Program-made: the position numbers and the translations under genes
Notes under the pieces: generated by a model
What the model was told of the DNA's origin: nothing
Seen by the model: only the letters and a program-made list of their open reading frames with translations
Databases searched by the model: none
IMG/VR virus record: IMGVR_UViG_3300032130_000010
Coordinates: 1-33,394 of that record
Strand: one strand, 5' to 3'
Origin: a virus
Taxonomy: Duplodnaviria > Caudoviricetes
Length of the DNA: 33,394 nucleotides
Part shown: positions 1 through 8,260 of the stretch, piece by piece
Numbering within the stretch: position 1 is the stretch's first letter
Layout of the letters: each line of letters opens with the position of its first letter

Positions 1-144
1 CCATGAGATACAGAACTACGCGTTAACGTTCAAGAAAAAAGTGTAAAAATATTTTATTTTGATATTTTTCACCTTTCCGCATATATATTCAACTTTATTC
101 ACTTAGGGCTTGCTTTTTTCCACTTTATACCATTTTGTGCATCC

Positions 145-396
145 ATGAGTAAATCCGTGCCGAAAATAGATTTCACAACCGTGAATGTCCGCATGCCCAA
201 GTCGGATTATGAACGCCTTAGGGCTGTAGTTGAAAAACTACCGTCCGGTTCCAATGCGAATAACTTTGTCGTCAAGTGCGTGCAAGCCTGCTTGGACATG
301 ATTGAGGCACCACCCGGCAAAGCTCCGAAACTCCCACAATTTCTTGGCGTGTGCAAATACGCCGTAAACTACGAGGAATTAACCGTCACAAAATAA
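145..396 (+). CDS. Small putative ribbon-helix-helix (Arc/CopG-like) DNA-binding protein
   Basis: 83 aa. The pattern VNVRMPKSDYERLRAVVEK...ANNFVVKCV fits a beta-strand followed by two helices. AT-rich upstream region. The fold call is inference. Confidence 0.5.
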   Translation: MSKSVPKIDFTTVNVRMPKSDYERLRAVVEKLPSGSNANNFVVKCVQACLDMIEAPPGKAPKLPQFLGVCKYAVNYEELTVTK

Positions 397-500
397 GTAT
401 AATATTGTAATTCCCCAAAAGATGTAATTCATATATAAGAAAGATGCCGGGACGCTCACACGTCCCGACACCCGGTAATCACCCACTGACAACGCAGAGA

Positions 501-869
501 ATGACTGAGATGACCATAGAACAAAAATCCCCACAAACGCAAACTTTTGATCAAACGATAGTCATTGAGACTCCGGGTGAGACAATCGAATTTCCCGAGC
601 AGGACATCAGATCGGTTTGGGTAGGTGGCAGGCAAATTAGCGAATTGCACGCCCTTGTGCAGGAAACCGATCGTGAACGAACCATAGCGGCCACAGTACG
701 AGCCGAGCAAGTTACCCAAGAGGGCATCCGCAACCGGCGAATGCTATGTTGGATCGGCATCTCGACCTTGGTTTGCGTCGCTGTGACCGTGGCGTTGGTG
801 TCGTATGTGGTGGCGGAGGTTCATTTTATCCGCGATATGCTCATAGACCCAAACGGATTCCTTAGATAA
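501..869 (+). CDS. Hypothetical membrane protein with one C-terminal TM helix
   Basis: Hydrophobic stretch MLCWIGISTLVCVAVTVALVSYVVA preceded by RNRR. Start at ATG 501 preferred; the track uses 444, so the start is uncertain. Confidence 0.55.
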   Translation: MTEMTIEQKSPQTQTFDQTIVIETPGETIEFPEQDIRSVWVGGRQISELHALVQETDRERTIAATVRAEQVTQEGIRNRRMLCWIGISTLVCVAVTVALVSYVVAEVHFIRDMLIDPNGFLR

Positions 870-1045
870 TGGATTCCCCCCTGCACCCCCCTAGATGTAT
901 AAGATATAACCTTATATTAAGATAATGTCTTTGTATCGCACACCTGCATTACACACACATACGCGCGCGCATTGGATGCCTAATATGCGCTTATGATGCG
1001 CAGATATGTGCATGACACACACATCTGATGCGCATATTTGGATAA

Positions 1046-2041
1046 TTATGGGTATAGTTCGAAGAACTTTTTCCCATCTTCCTCCGGCACCGAATTCTCA
1101 ACATAATGCCGATGAAATATCGTGTGGTCGTTGTGACCTGTGAATCGTAGGCATTTCTCCTGTCCGAAGAACCAGTATCCATAACTGCAGAAGGTGTGCC
1201 TCAGGGCATCGTGCCCAATATATCCTACCGCCCTTCGACGGGCTGACCTCCAAGCACTGTACGCGCAAGGTTCGAAGGGATACTTTTTTATCCACTCGAC
1301 TAGGTTGTCGGAAATCCCGTTCAGTGTCCTTGCTTTTCGTGTTTTCGCTTTTGCTCCGGGAATGTGAATTCTTCGCAAGGCAAGGTTTATGTCCTTTGAC
1401 CCGAGCCGACACGCTTCGTCTGGTCGCACACCTGCAAAGAGCTGAACCGCGAGTCTGCCCTTGTGGGAAACTGCGTCCTTCCCTTTCGAGCATAGCTCCA
1501 GAAGTATAGCGCTTTCCTCAATGGTCAGAAATTCAATCGGCTTTTCGTCTTCAAGGATTTGATCTAGCTTAATTTTCGTAAATTGGTTTTCGCACCATCC
1601 TTTTTCCGAGCACCAAGTCAGGAAGGTGGCGACATCGCTCCTGTAGCCTTTCTGCGTCCATGGGGACTTGAGTTGGGGTTGAGTGCAGAAGGCAACAACG
1701 TCCTCCCTCTTGATTTGGTCGATGTTCCTCGGCCCCGCAAATGAAGCAAAAGAGTTTAGCCTTTCGCGATATGCTGAGTATGTGGCTGGTCGCACGTTCC
1801 TGGACTCGCACCATTCCAGATACATTTCAATAGCCTCTATTATTCCGCAACGCCCACCCGACCATTGTGGATTTGCTCTTCCTTGGACAATATTTTCCGC
1901 CTCTTCCTTCTTTGCGTCCCGTATGAATTTCTGCGCTTTCTCCTTGGATTTGAAGAATTTTCTATAAATTCGCTTCCCGCCGGCGAACAGCGCGACCTGA
2001 TAAGGGGACGATCTTTTTACCTCTGTTAATGTGAATTTCAT
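1046..2041 (-). CDS. int: Tyrosine recombinase / phage integrase
   Basis: Catalytic signature R (FAGVRPDE), K (AKAKTRK), HxxR (HDALRHT), H (TGHN), Y (RHY). SAM-like core-binding region and N-terminal arm-binding-like region (YRKFFKSKEKAQKF). ATG at 2041 preferred over TTG at 2086. Confidence 0.95.
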   Translation of the reverse strand: MKFTLTEVKRSSPYQVALFAGGKRIYRKFFKSKEKAQKFIRDAKKEEAENIVQGRANPQWSGGRCGIIEAIEMYLEWCESRNVRPATYSAYRERLNSFASFAGPRNIDQIKREDVVAFCTQPQLKSPWTQKGYRSDVATFLTWCSEKGWCENQFTKIKLDQILEDEKPIEFLTIEESAILLELCSKGKDAVSHKGRLAVQLFAGVRPDEACRLGSKDINLALRRIHIPGAKAKTRKARTLNGISDNLVEWIKKYPFEPCAYSAWRSARRRAVGYIGHDALRHTFCSYGYWFFGQEKCLRFTGHNDHTIFHRHYVENSVPEEDGKKFFELYP

Positions 2042-2303
2042 GCCACTCGAAAATAAAGTGGTGGCAGATTGGTGGCACGAAATCAAGGTGGAAAATTATG
2101 GAAGTGGCATAAACAAAGGGGGGTTACTGCCACTAAAACCGACCTTTATGGAGTAAAGTGGAATTTCATAAACCACTACCCGTTAGGGAGTTAAAATGGT
2201 CGGGACGGAGAGATTCGAACTCTCGGCCTCCTGCTCCCAAAGCAGGAGGGATACACCTTAAATAGAGGCTCATAAAGTTTTAGTGGCAGAAGGGTGGCAG
2301 TAA
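2041..2303. repeat. GTGGCA-core repeats flanking the att core (putative integrase arm-type sites)
   Basis: GTGGCA at 2061, 2072, 2104, 2283 and 2294; inverted (TGCCAC) at 2041 and 2128. Perfect 13-bp inverted pair: CTGCCACTAAAAC 2127-2139 / GTTTTAGTGGCAG 2277-2289. Confidence 0.75.
2197..2246 (-). other. att core: 3' ~50 nt of tRNA-Pro(UGG), not a complete tRNA
   Basis: Minus strand reads CCTGC-TTTGGGA-GCAGG (anticodon arm, TGG), AGGCC, GAGAG-TTCGAAT-CTCTC (T arm), CGTCCCG-A-CCA. No D arm or 5' acceptor strand follows. Adjacent to the integrase start. Confidence 0.9.
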
Positions 2304-2306
2304 ACT

Positions 2307-2336
2307 ATGGTCAAACATGGTCAAACATGGTCAAAC
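2307..2336 (+). repeat. 3 x 10-bp perfect tandem repeat ATGGTCAAAC (possible Xis/RDF binding sites)
   Basis: Copies at 2307, 2317 and 2327, with one-helical-turn spacing, immediately outside the right arm sites. Confidence 0.7.
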
Positions 2337-2397
2337 CGTCACCTAATTTATTAAGTTTAATCTTGCACTCCCAAAAAGAGTAATTCATTTTCAATGG

Positions 2398-2634
2398 ATG
2401 GATGATATGGATGTGGACCAGATGGGAGAATATATAGAACCTTATGCGAAAGAAATGTTTGATGCTTATCTGTTGATCGGTTTTCGGGCTAGCGACCACA
2501 AGATTGCCATGATTGGAGACTTGGGTCACCCCAAAACTCTTCCTGAACTCAACAGGAAGCTTCGCCCGGTATACAAAGAATGCAGAAAGTTGGTAAGAGA
2601 TGAGGAAGATAAGAAAGGGTTGGACCTGCTTTGA
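2398..2634 (+). CDS. Hypothetical protein
   Basis: 78-aa ORF, first of the overlapping + strand operon. Follows an AT-rich region with TTGCAC-N17-CATTTT (2363-2391). Confidence 0.6.
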   Translation: MDDMDVDQMGEYIEPYAKEMFDAYLLIGFRASDHKIAMIGDLGHPKTLPELNRKLRPVYKECRKLVRDEEDKKGLDLL

Positions 2635-2998
2635 GGAGTTTCCTCCGATCTTCGTAAGGCTTCTTGCGAGGGAAAAGGTCACCCAAACGCATAAGGCAAC
2701 GTCCTCAGTGAGGGTTCTTTCCGATGAGGAGATTGCCATTCGTTCCGGGTTGAACCTGAACCAAATCGGAAGAATATCCGAAAAGCACTCTTGGGATGAC
2801 GTGCCAATTTCAACGGCAAGAAAGTTTTGCGATGGTTGTAACTTCGACCTTTTCGACTGGCAGGTCAGGAATCGTGCATTTGCACTGGCTAACGGAGGAT
2901 CATTTGCATATCTGAAGTCATCTCCCGACTGGCAGGGCAAATACATGCCTATGCTAAGAAAGTATTTTAATGGGCAGAAGAAAGACGATACCAACTGA
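2600..2998 (+). CDS. Putative XRE/Cro-like HTH protein
   Basis: LSDEEIAIRSGLNLNQIGRISEK...VPISTARKFC resembles an XRE helix-turn-helix. Overlaps both neighbours. Confidence 0.5.
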   Translation: MRKIRKGWTCFEEFPPIFVRLLAREKVTQTHKATSSVRVLSDEEIAIRSGLNLNQIGRISEKHSWDDVPISTARKFCDGCNFDLFDWQVRNRAFALANGGSFAYLKSSPDWQGKYMPMLRKYFNGQKKDDTN

Positions 2999-3629
2999 GG
3001 AAATTGGTCGCCTCATGGTAAAGCATGAGGGAAAGTACGTAAAGGTTGCCGAAGAGCTTGGAATGAATCGTCGGGCTGTGGTGGAGCGCGTTCGACGCGA
3101 CCCCAAGCTTCGCGCAATTTGGGTGACCGCAGGCAACGAGGGACACCAGCCGTCCGAGGTCGACTTAATGGTCAGGAAGGAACCACCACCCGAACCAGAA
3201 CCCAAGGAGCTTATCGGAGCAATGAAGAAGAACGGCCGCGACGTATTCATGAGCGACATCGAGTCGATGCTGAAGAAACCCGAAAGCATAGAGAAACTTA
3301 GGGTGTTCAAGGATTTTGATGATAGTGTGGGGCAATTGATGGGCGAAGCCCTTAAGGTAACTCAGAAAATCGCCATTAGGCAGAACATGAGTCTTTTCGA
3401 GGTGGCGGAAAAACTGAGAGATGACATTTCCGAGGGGAAACTGGATGCGGAAGAGGAGGTTTTACGAACTAGGCTTTTCATTCAGGCTACAGAGCAACAG
3501 GGCAAGTTTTACGACCGACTTCTTCACGGACTTGACCTTATGCTAAAGCTAACCGAGCGAGAAAAGGGAAGTAAATCCAAGAAACCGGGATTTCGCCCAC
3601 TCAAAGAAATGGAAGACCAAGATGGGTGA
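2970..3629 (+). CDS. HTH-containing protein, candidate terminase small subunit
   Basis: N-terminal HTH-like KYVKVAEELGMNRRAVVERVRR, helical body, basic tail. Lies just upstream of the large terminase. Confidence 0.5.
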   Translation: MGRRKTIPTEEIGRLMVKHEGKYVKVAEELGMNRRAVVERVRRDPKLRAIWVTAGNEGHQPSEVDLMVRKEPPPEPEPKELIGAMKKNGRDVFMSDIESMLKKPESIEKLRVFKDFDDSVGQLMGEALKVTQKIAIRQNMSLFEVAEKLRDDISEGKLDAEEEVLRTRLFIQATEQQGKFYDRLLHGLDLMLKLTEREKGSKSKKPGFRPLKEMEDQDG

Positions 3630-3831
3630 TTGCACCAAAATAGTAAGCATTCGACAGGACGAGCTCGACATACCGGACGAGTGCGACCCGCAGTTGACGG
3701 CGGACTGGGCAAAGTTTGAGGAGTCCTTCGGAAACCCCAACGAAGAGAATCATCCTTGGAAGTTGAAATATCTTGTGGCTTTAGCGTTTTGCAAGGGATG
3801 GGAATCCGCTTACAAGCGTGGCAAAGTTTAA
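3622..3831 (+). CDS. Hypothetical protein
   Basis: 69-aa ORF overlapping both neighbours. Confidence 0.55.
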   Translation: MGDCTKIVSIRQDELDIPDECDPQLTADWAKFEESFGNPNEENHPWKLKYLVALAFCKGWESAYKRGKV

Positions 3832-5356
3832 GCAGTTCAATACCGACGATCTGGTCAAGAGGCTGGATGAGGTCGAAAACGTAGAGGTAGATGCAGAACC
3901 TTGGATTCCGGGGTTATCCGGAACGCAAAGAGTTATATTCGACAGTCCCGCCAAATACATTCTTGCTTATGGTGAAAGAGCTAGTGGGAAAACCTTTGTT
4001 TTGGGAGGTCATAAGCTAGTGAGGCACTGCTATGAGGGTTTTAACGCTTTAGCGCTAATTATAGTAGGAATCAAAAGTCAGGCAACGCAGGGAGGTGTTT
4101 GGCATAAATTGATAACCGAGATTCTGCCTGAATGGAAGGAAGGCCTTGGTCTTGATTACACCGATCAGAAGCTAGACCTCCAGAAGCAACCTTACATCGA
4201 CGTGTCAAATAGGTATGGGGGTTGGTCGAGGATTTCCCTGATGTCCGCTCCGTTCGGCAATATATTGATAGACAGGATCAAGGGGTATGAGCCGAGTTAT
4301 GTATTCATCGACGAGCTCACCAACTTGGACTCCCCCGCATACTTCGAGGCTGTGGTTCAGCAATTAGGTCGCCGACAGGGGATTGAGGGGGTTCAGCAAT
4401 ATACAGCCGCCTGCAACCCATCCGGTCCTTCCCATTGGGTTTATAAGCGCTTCCTTGAGTCTCCGTACAACGAGGCTGGGGAGTGGAATGACGACTATGC
4501 CACCATCCATGTAAAGATTCAGGAAAACATAGCGAACCTTCCCGACGGATATTACGACCGGGTAATGGAGGCTGTTTCCAACGATCCGATCGAGGCAAAG
4601 CGTATGCTGGATGGGGAGTGGATTGATCGCCCTGCGGGAGACGCAATCTTCGGCCCCTATTTCAGCAAGCCTCTGCATGTCGTAGGGGGCGTCAGGACAG
4701 GGATAGTTCCAAGTCCCGACTTTCCAATTATCTTGGGCTGGGACCCCGGTGCGGTAAACAATGCGATTATCTTTCTTCAGTGCTTGGTTGGTGCGGAAAA
4801 GAGTCTATGGACGGTATTCGATGAATTTGTGTCGGTAAACAAAAAGCTACCATACACGACGATAATTCCCTTACTTTACCGAAAGATGAAAAGTTGGGAA
4901 AGAAAGCTCGGCAAGTCCCTGAGGTGGATTCACGTGTCCGACAATTCGGCATTTAATCAATATCGCGCCAAGACCGGGAGTTATGACGTTAAGGACATCG
5001 AGGAAATCTCGCGCGAAAAGTGCGGACATTTCGACCTCGACCCCATCCGTATGCGTGCGGCACCTAAGTTTAGCGGAAGCGTGGAAGGGCGTGTTCGTCT
5101 TATGATTGCAAAGCTAACCAGCGAGGAGATTGTCGTGTCGGCTCAATGCACAGACGTGATAAAGATGATGACCAACCTTATAAGCGAGAAGCAGAAAGAG
5201 GGGAAATATGACCCAAATTTAGCGCTTAAGCCGAAGCGATCCATATATGTTCACACTTTTGATGCGCTTACCTATCCGTTGATGCACTACGACATAGGAC
5301 CCGGCATCCCCACTCCACATGTGGAGAAATCGGAAATTGTGGAAATTAACACTTGA
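3818..5356 (+). CDS. terL: Terminase large subunit
   Basis: Walker A YGERASGKT, Walker B YVFIDE, coupling motif AACNP, nuclease-domain ILGWDPG and terminal HTFDALTY. 512 aa. Confidence 0.95.
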   Translation: MAKFKQFNTDDLVKRLDEVENVEVDAEPWIPGLSGTQRVIFDSPAKYILAYGERASGKTFVLGGHKLVRHCYEGFNALALIIVGIKSQATQGGVWHKLITEILPEWKEGLGLDYTDQKLDLQKQPYIDVSNRYGGWSRISLMSAPFGNILIDRIKGYEPSYVFIDELTNLDSPAYFEAVVQQLGRRQGIEGVQQYTAACNPSGPSHWVYKRFLESPYNEAGEWNDDYATIHVKIQENIANLPDGYYDRVMEAVSNDPIEAKRMLDGEWIDRPAGDAIFGPYFSKPLHVVGGVRTGIVPSPDFPIILGWDPGAVNNAIIFLQCLVGAEKSLWTVFDEFVSVNKKLPYTTIIPLLYRKMKSWERKLGKSLRWIHVSDNSAFNQYRAKTGSYDVKDIEEISREKCGHFDLDPIRMRAAPKFSGSVEGRVRLMIAKLTSEEIVVSAQCTDVIKMMTNLISEKQKEGKYDPNLALKPKRSIYVHTFDALTYPLMHYDIGPGIPTPHVEKSEIVEINT

Positions 5357-5387
5357 CCTTTTGAAACCCAAAGTATTAGGTGACATC

Positions 5388-5639
5388 ATGCAAGACGTAC
5401 TACAATTGGCACTAGAGGATCCTGAAGTCTCCGAGTTGTTCGAAGGCGTTGCAGCGGGTTCCAAGGTAAAGATAACCCTGGACATCACAGTTTCGGAGAT
5501 AGACGAGGAGCGGATACACGGTACCGTTGATTCCGTGCATGACGACTTGACCGTAATAGAGTCTTCGGAGGACTTGGAGTTGGACGAAGAACCTGACGAA
5601 GAACCAGTTGAGGACGAGGAAGAAGACTACGAGGAGTAA
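5388..5639 (+). CDS. Small acidic hypothetical protein
   Basis: ATG 5388 preferred over the track start at 5319. Short beta-rich core with a very D/E-rich tail. Confidence 0.6.
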   Translation: MQDVLQLALEDPEVSELFEGVAAGSKVKITLDITVSEIDEERIHGTVDSVHDDLTVIESSEDLELDEEPDEEPVEDEEEDYEE

Positions 5640-5994
5640 TCCTCTAAAGACCTCAACTCCCGCAAGCGAGTTAATAGACATTCACTACGAGGTACTTGGG
5701 GTAAAGCGAAGATGGAACCGCGACAGAATAGAGAGGCTATGCGGATACCTGAAACTTTCCGAGGCGGAGTTGGCGAGCATGGTATGCGCCACGCACCAAT
5801 CCTTCTCGGGTTATATAACTCGAAACACTTTCCCCGGCCCCGTTGCACTACTTTTGACCATTTTGGAGACTCGCTATCTGACGGGCAAGGCACCCGACAT
5901 AATAACCAACCTATTTGATTTTCATGGTACACCCAGACGTATTGAGGAAGACGAACACGACGCAAGAACGATTGCGACAGGTGTTCACAGCTAA
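5608..5994 (+). CDS. Putative XRE-like HTH protein
   Basis: WNRDRIERLCGYLKLSEAELASMV...FPGPVALLL resembles an XRE HTH. TTG start uncertain; overlaps the portal start. Confidence 0.5.
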   Translation: MRTRKKTTRSNPLKTSTPASELIDIHYEVLGVKRRWNRDRIERLCGYLKLSEAELASMVCATHQSFSGYITRNTFPGPVALLLTILETRYLTGKAPDIITNLFDFHGTPRRIEEDEHDARTIATGVHS

Positions 5995-8257
5995 AGACGG
6001 CAAGGATCTGCAGGTACGAGAAAAACTTCAGGACCTAATCCAGTCTCGCGTGCACGAGGGGATTTACCATTCCTGCAAGCGCCACAGTTTGTATCTTGCC
6101 GTGGATTTGGCATGGGACAGTCTACCCATCAATAAGTTTACGATACCTCTCCTCCAGTATGCTCAAGGCAAGATAAACGTCGAGACTTGCGCGAACAAAC
6201 TGGATGACATCGACCCCGACTTGGCAAGACAGTTCACTGAGTACAATGATGAGGGCAAGATAAAGAACGTAAACCTTCTTAGGCTTTACGAGGTCAGCGT
6301 ATCCCTGATCCGCTCGTACATCACTCGGAGAGTTGCCGCCCAAGTGTCCCGGTTCAGCAATATGTATCCGTACTTCAAGTACTCCCCCAGAGGAACGGAC
6401 ATGGAAAGCAAGATTCGGGCAGAGGTTCTGTCGCAACGGGTAGAGATAATGTCCGAGCAATACGACTATCGACACCTGTTCGAGCAAGCCATTCGTCACA
6501 TGTTCATGTACGGATACGCAGTTCTTTTCCCGGCGGAAGCATGGTCGAGAGAGGTTCAGTGGAGGCTTGTCCCCGGCATGACCGGCGAGGAAGAGTACGA
6601 GGCTTATGTGGAGCGCGAAGGGATTCAATTCATAAACCCCCACCCCACCCGCGTAATTTGGGACAACGCCGCCCCGTTGCACAATATTAATTCAAATCTC
6701 GGCCCAAGCTGGATCGGGTATTGGGACATAGTGAGGTATTCATCCGTTCGGGACAATCCAGACTTCTGGAACATGAACGAGATTACCTATACGAACTCGC
6801 TTCATGGGCTGGTGAATGCGCATAAGGACTTTTTTGACGCATATTACGACCCTACCGTTCTAGCCTTCCCTCAGTCGAGGGATGAATTTGCGTTTGGTAA
6901 CGAGAGGGTTTCGCAGACCGGCGTGTACGCGGCGGAAGAGAGGGACAAGTCAATGTTTCTCTCCACTGTCTTCATGAGGCTGAACCCCAAGGCTGAAAAG
7001 CTTGGCGACTACCCGTTCGATTGTTGGTTAAAATGCACAGTGGCTAGTGACGAGACAGTAATCCATGCAGAATGGATGCCGTCACTTCCTGCCGTTTACG
7101 GTGGAATAAACCAAAACGACGACCGTATGGTGAATTGCTCAATGGCTCACGACCTTATGCCATACCAAGACCAAATGAACAACATTACCTATGCAATGTT
7201 GCATTCGATGAAGATCAGCATGTTTAAGATTTTGGCGATAGATCAGGATGCGTTGGATGAAGATACGCGTGAATTCATAAAGGACAGTCTCGCCGAAGAT
7301 ACTTTTTATCAGAAACCCAAGGCTTTATTTTATAGCGGAGCGAAAGCTGCGGACTTAGGCATCGACACTAAAGATTTCATCTCAGTTATAGATGTGTCGA
7401 AGGAGTTGTCTCAGGGCATCAATCAGAGCTTGCAGGCCCTGTTTCAACTCCTGAATCTTGTCGAGCGCCTTATGATTCTGTCTCCGCAGGAGCTGGGTCA
7501 AGCCGCGGAGCGTGAGATTTCCGCTACCGAAGTAAGCGAAATAGCCAATTCCACAAATACGATATACACTTTCATTTCCGAGGGCATTGACGATATGCGC
7601 GGAGCCGTAAAGAAGATGCTTTACGAGCACTTGATTTGTTGTTCCACGACCGAATTCAATGTTCCTGTAAAGCAAAGGTTCAGCGCCAAGAAGATACGGG
7701 AAGTCGGTCTGGACGTGGAGGACGACGGCGATCAGGACGATCTGCCCAAGGGTAGGAATATCATAGGCTCGCCAACCAACTTGATACATGAGTACATGTT
7801 CAGCGGGCGTGATGGCGCGGAGAGAAATAGAGATACTCAATCCGCCCAAACCCTCGCTCAACTTTTCCAGCAGGTCGTATCCATACCGGATATGGCGCAA
7901 CAACTGGGCAAGGAGCGAATATTCAGTATCTTGAACGAAATCTTCAGGATGAGCGGTGCTGGGTTTGATCTTAAACTGGAAATAGATGAGGCGGATGAGG
8001 ACGTTGATCTGGACATGGAGCAACAGCAGTTCATCGGCGAAATAAAGGAGAAGTGGCCAAAGGTGGAGCAGATTCTCCAGCAGGTCATGATGCAGTTGCA
8101 ACAGCAACAGCAAGGTGCTCCGCAAGGTCCGCAAGGTCCGCAAGGTGCCTTGCCACCGGGTGCGCCAGCTATGCCACCGGGTGCGCCAGCTATGCCACCG
8201 GGCGCGCCAGCTATGCCACCGGGCGCCCCCGAAGCGCCACCTGTGCCAGGACAATAA
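5924..8257 (+). CDS. Portal protein (putative, P22/podovirus-type size)
   Basis: ~777 aa between terminase and scaffold/capsid. SATEVS motif typical of portals; Q/P/G-rich low-complexity tail. ATG 5924 preferred. Confidence 0.75.
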   Translation: MVHPDVLRKTNTTQERLRQVFTAKDGKDLQVREKLQDLIQSRVHEGIYHSCKRHSLYLAVDLAWDSLPINKFTIPLLQYAQGKINVETCANKLDDIDPDLARQFTEYNDEGKIKNVNLLRLYEVSVSLIRSYITRRVAAQVSRFSNMYPYFKYSPRGTDMESKIRAEVLSQRVEIMSEQYDYRHLFEQAIRHMFMYGYAVLFPAEAWSREVQWRLVPGMTGEEEYEAYVEREGIQFINPHPTRVIWDNAAPLHNINSNLGPSWIGYWDIVRYSSVRDNPDFWNMNEITYTNSLHGLVNAHKDFFDAYYDPTVLAFPQSRDEFAFGNERVSQTGVYAAEERDKSMFLSTVFMRLNPKAEKLGDYPFDCWLKCTVASDETVIHAEWMPSLPAVYGGINQNDDRMVNCSMAHDLMPYQDQMNNITYAMLHSMKISMFKILAIDQDALDEDTREFIKDSLAEDTFYQKPKALFYSGAKAADLGIDTKDFISVIDVSKELSQGINQSLQALFQLLNLVERLMILSPQELGQAAEREISATEVSEIANSTNTIYTFISEGIDDMRGAVKKMLYEHLICCSTTEFNVPVKQRFSAKKIREVGLDVEDDGDQDDLPKGRNIIGSPTNLIHEYMFSGRDGAERNRDTQSAQTLAQLFQQVVSIPDMAQQLGKERIFSILNEIFRMSGAGFDLKLEIDEADEDVDLDMEQQQFIGEIKEKWPKVEQILQQVMMQLQQQQQGAPQGPQGPQGALPPGAPAMPPGAPAMPPGAPAMPPGAPEAPPVPGQ
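8110..8227 (+). repeat. Coding tandem repeats in the portal C-terminus (9-bp GCAAGGTCC; 21-bp TGCCACCGGGTGCGCCAGCTA)
   Basis: PQG x3 and PPGAPAM x3 plus a partial fourth copy. 21-bp units start at 8151, 8172, 8193 and 8214. Confidence 0.9.
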
Positions 8258-8260
8258 TTT

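Noticed and set aside
2200-2206. TCGGGAC shared between the att core and the fibre repeat, suggesting Int acts on both
   Set aside because: Only 7 bp and outside the likely crossover region; no GTGGCA arm clusters were noticed around the fibre repeats. Compatible with chance.
2197-2275. Complete phage-encoded tRNA-Pro
   Set aside because: Similarity stops at the anticodon stem; the D arm and 5' acceptor strand are missing.
2311-3310. Minus-strand ORFs of 227 aa and 118 aa
   Set aside because: They overlap a coupled + strand gene run and show no recognisable motifs.
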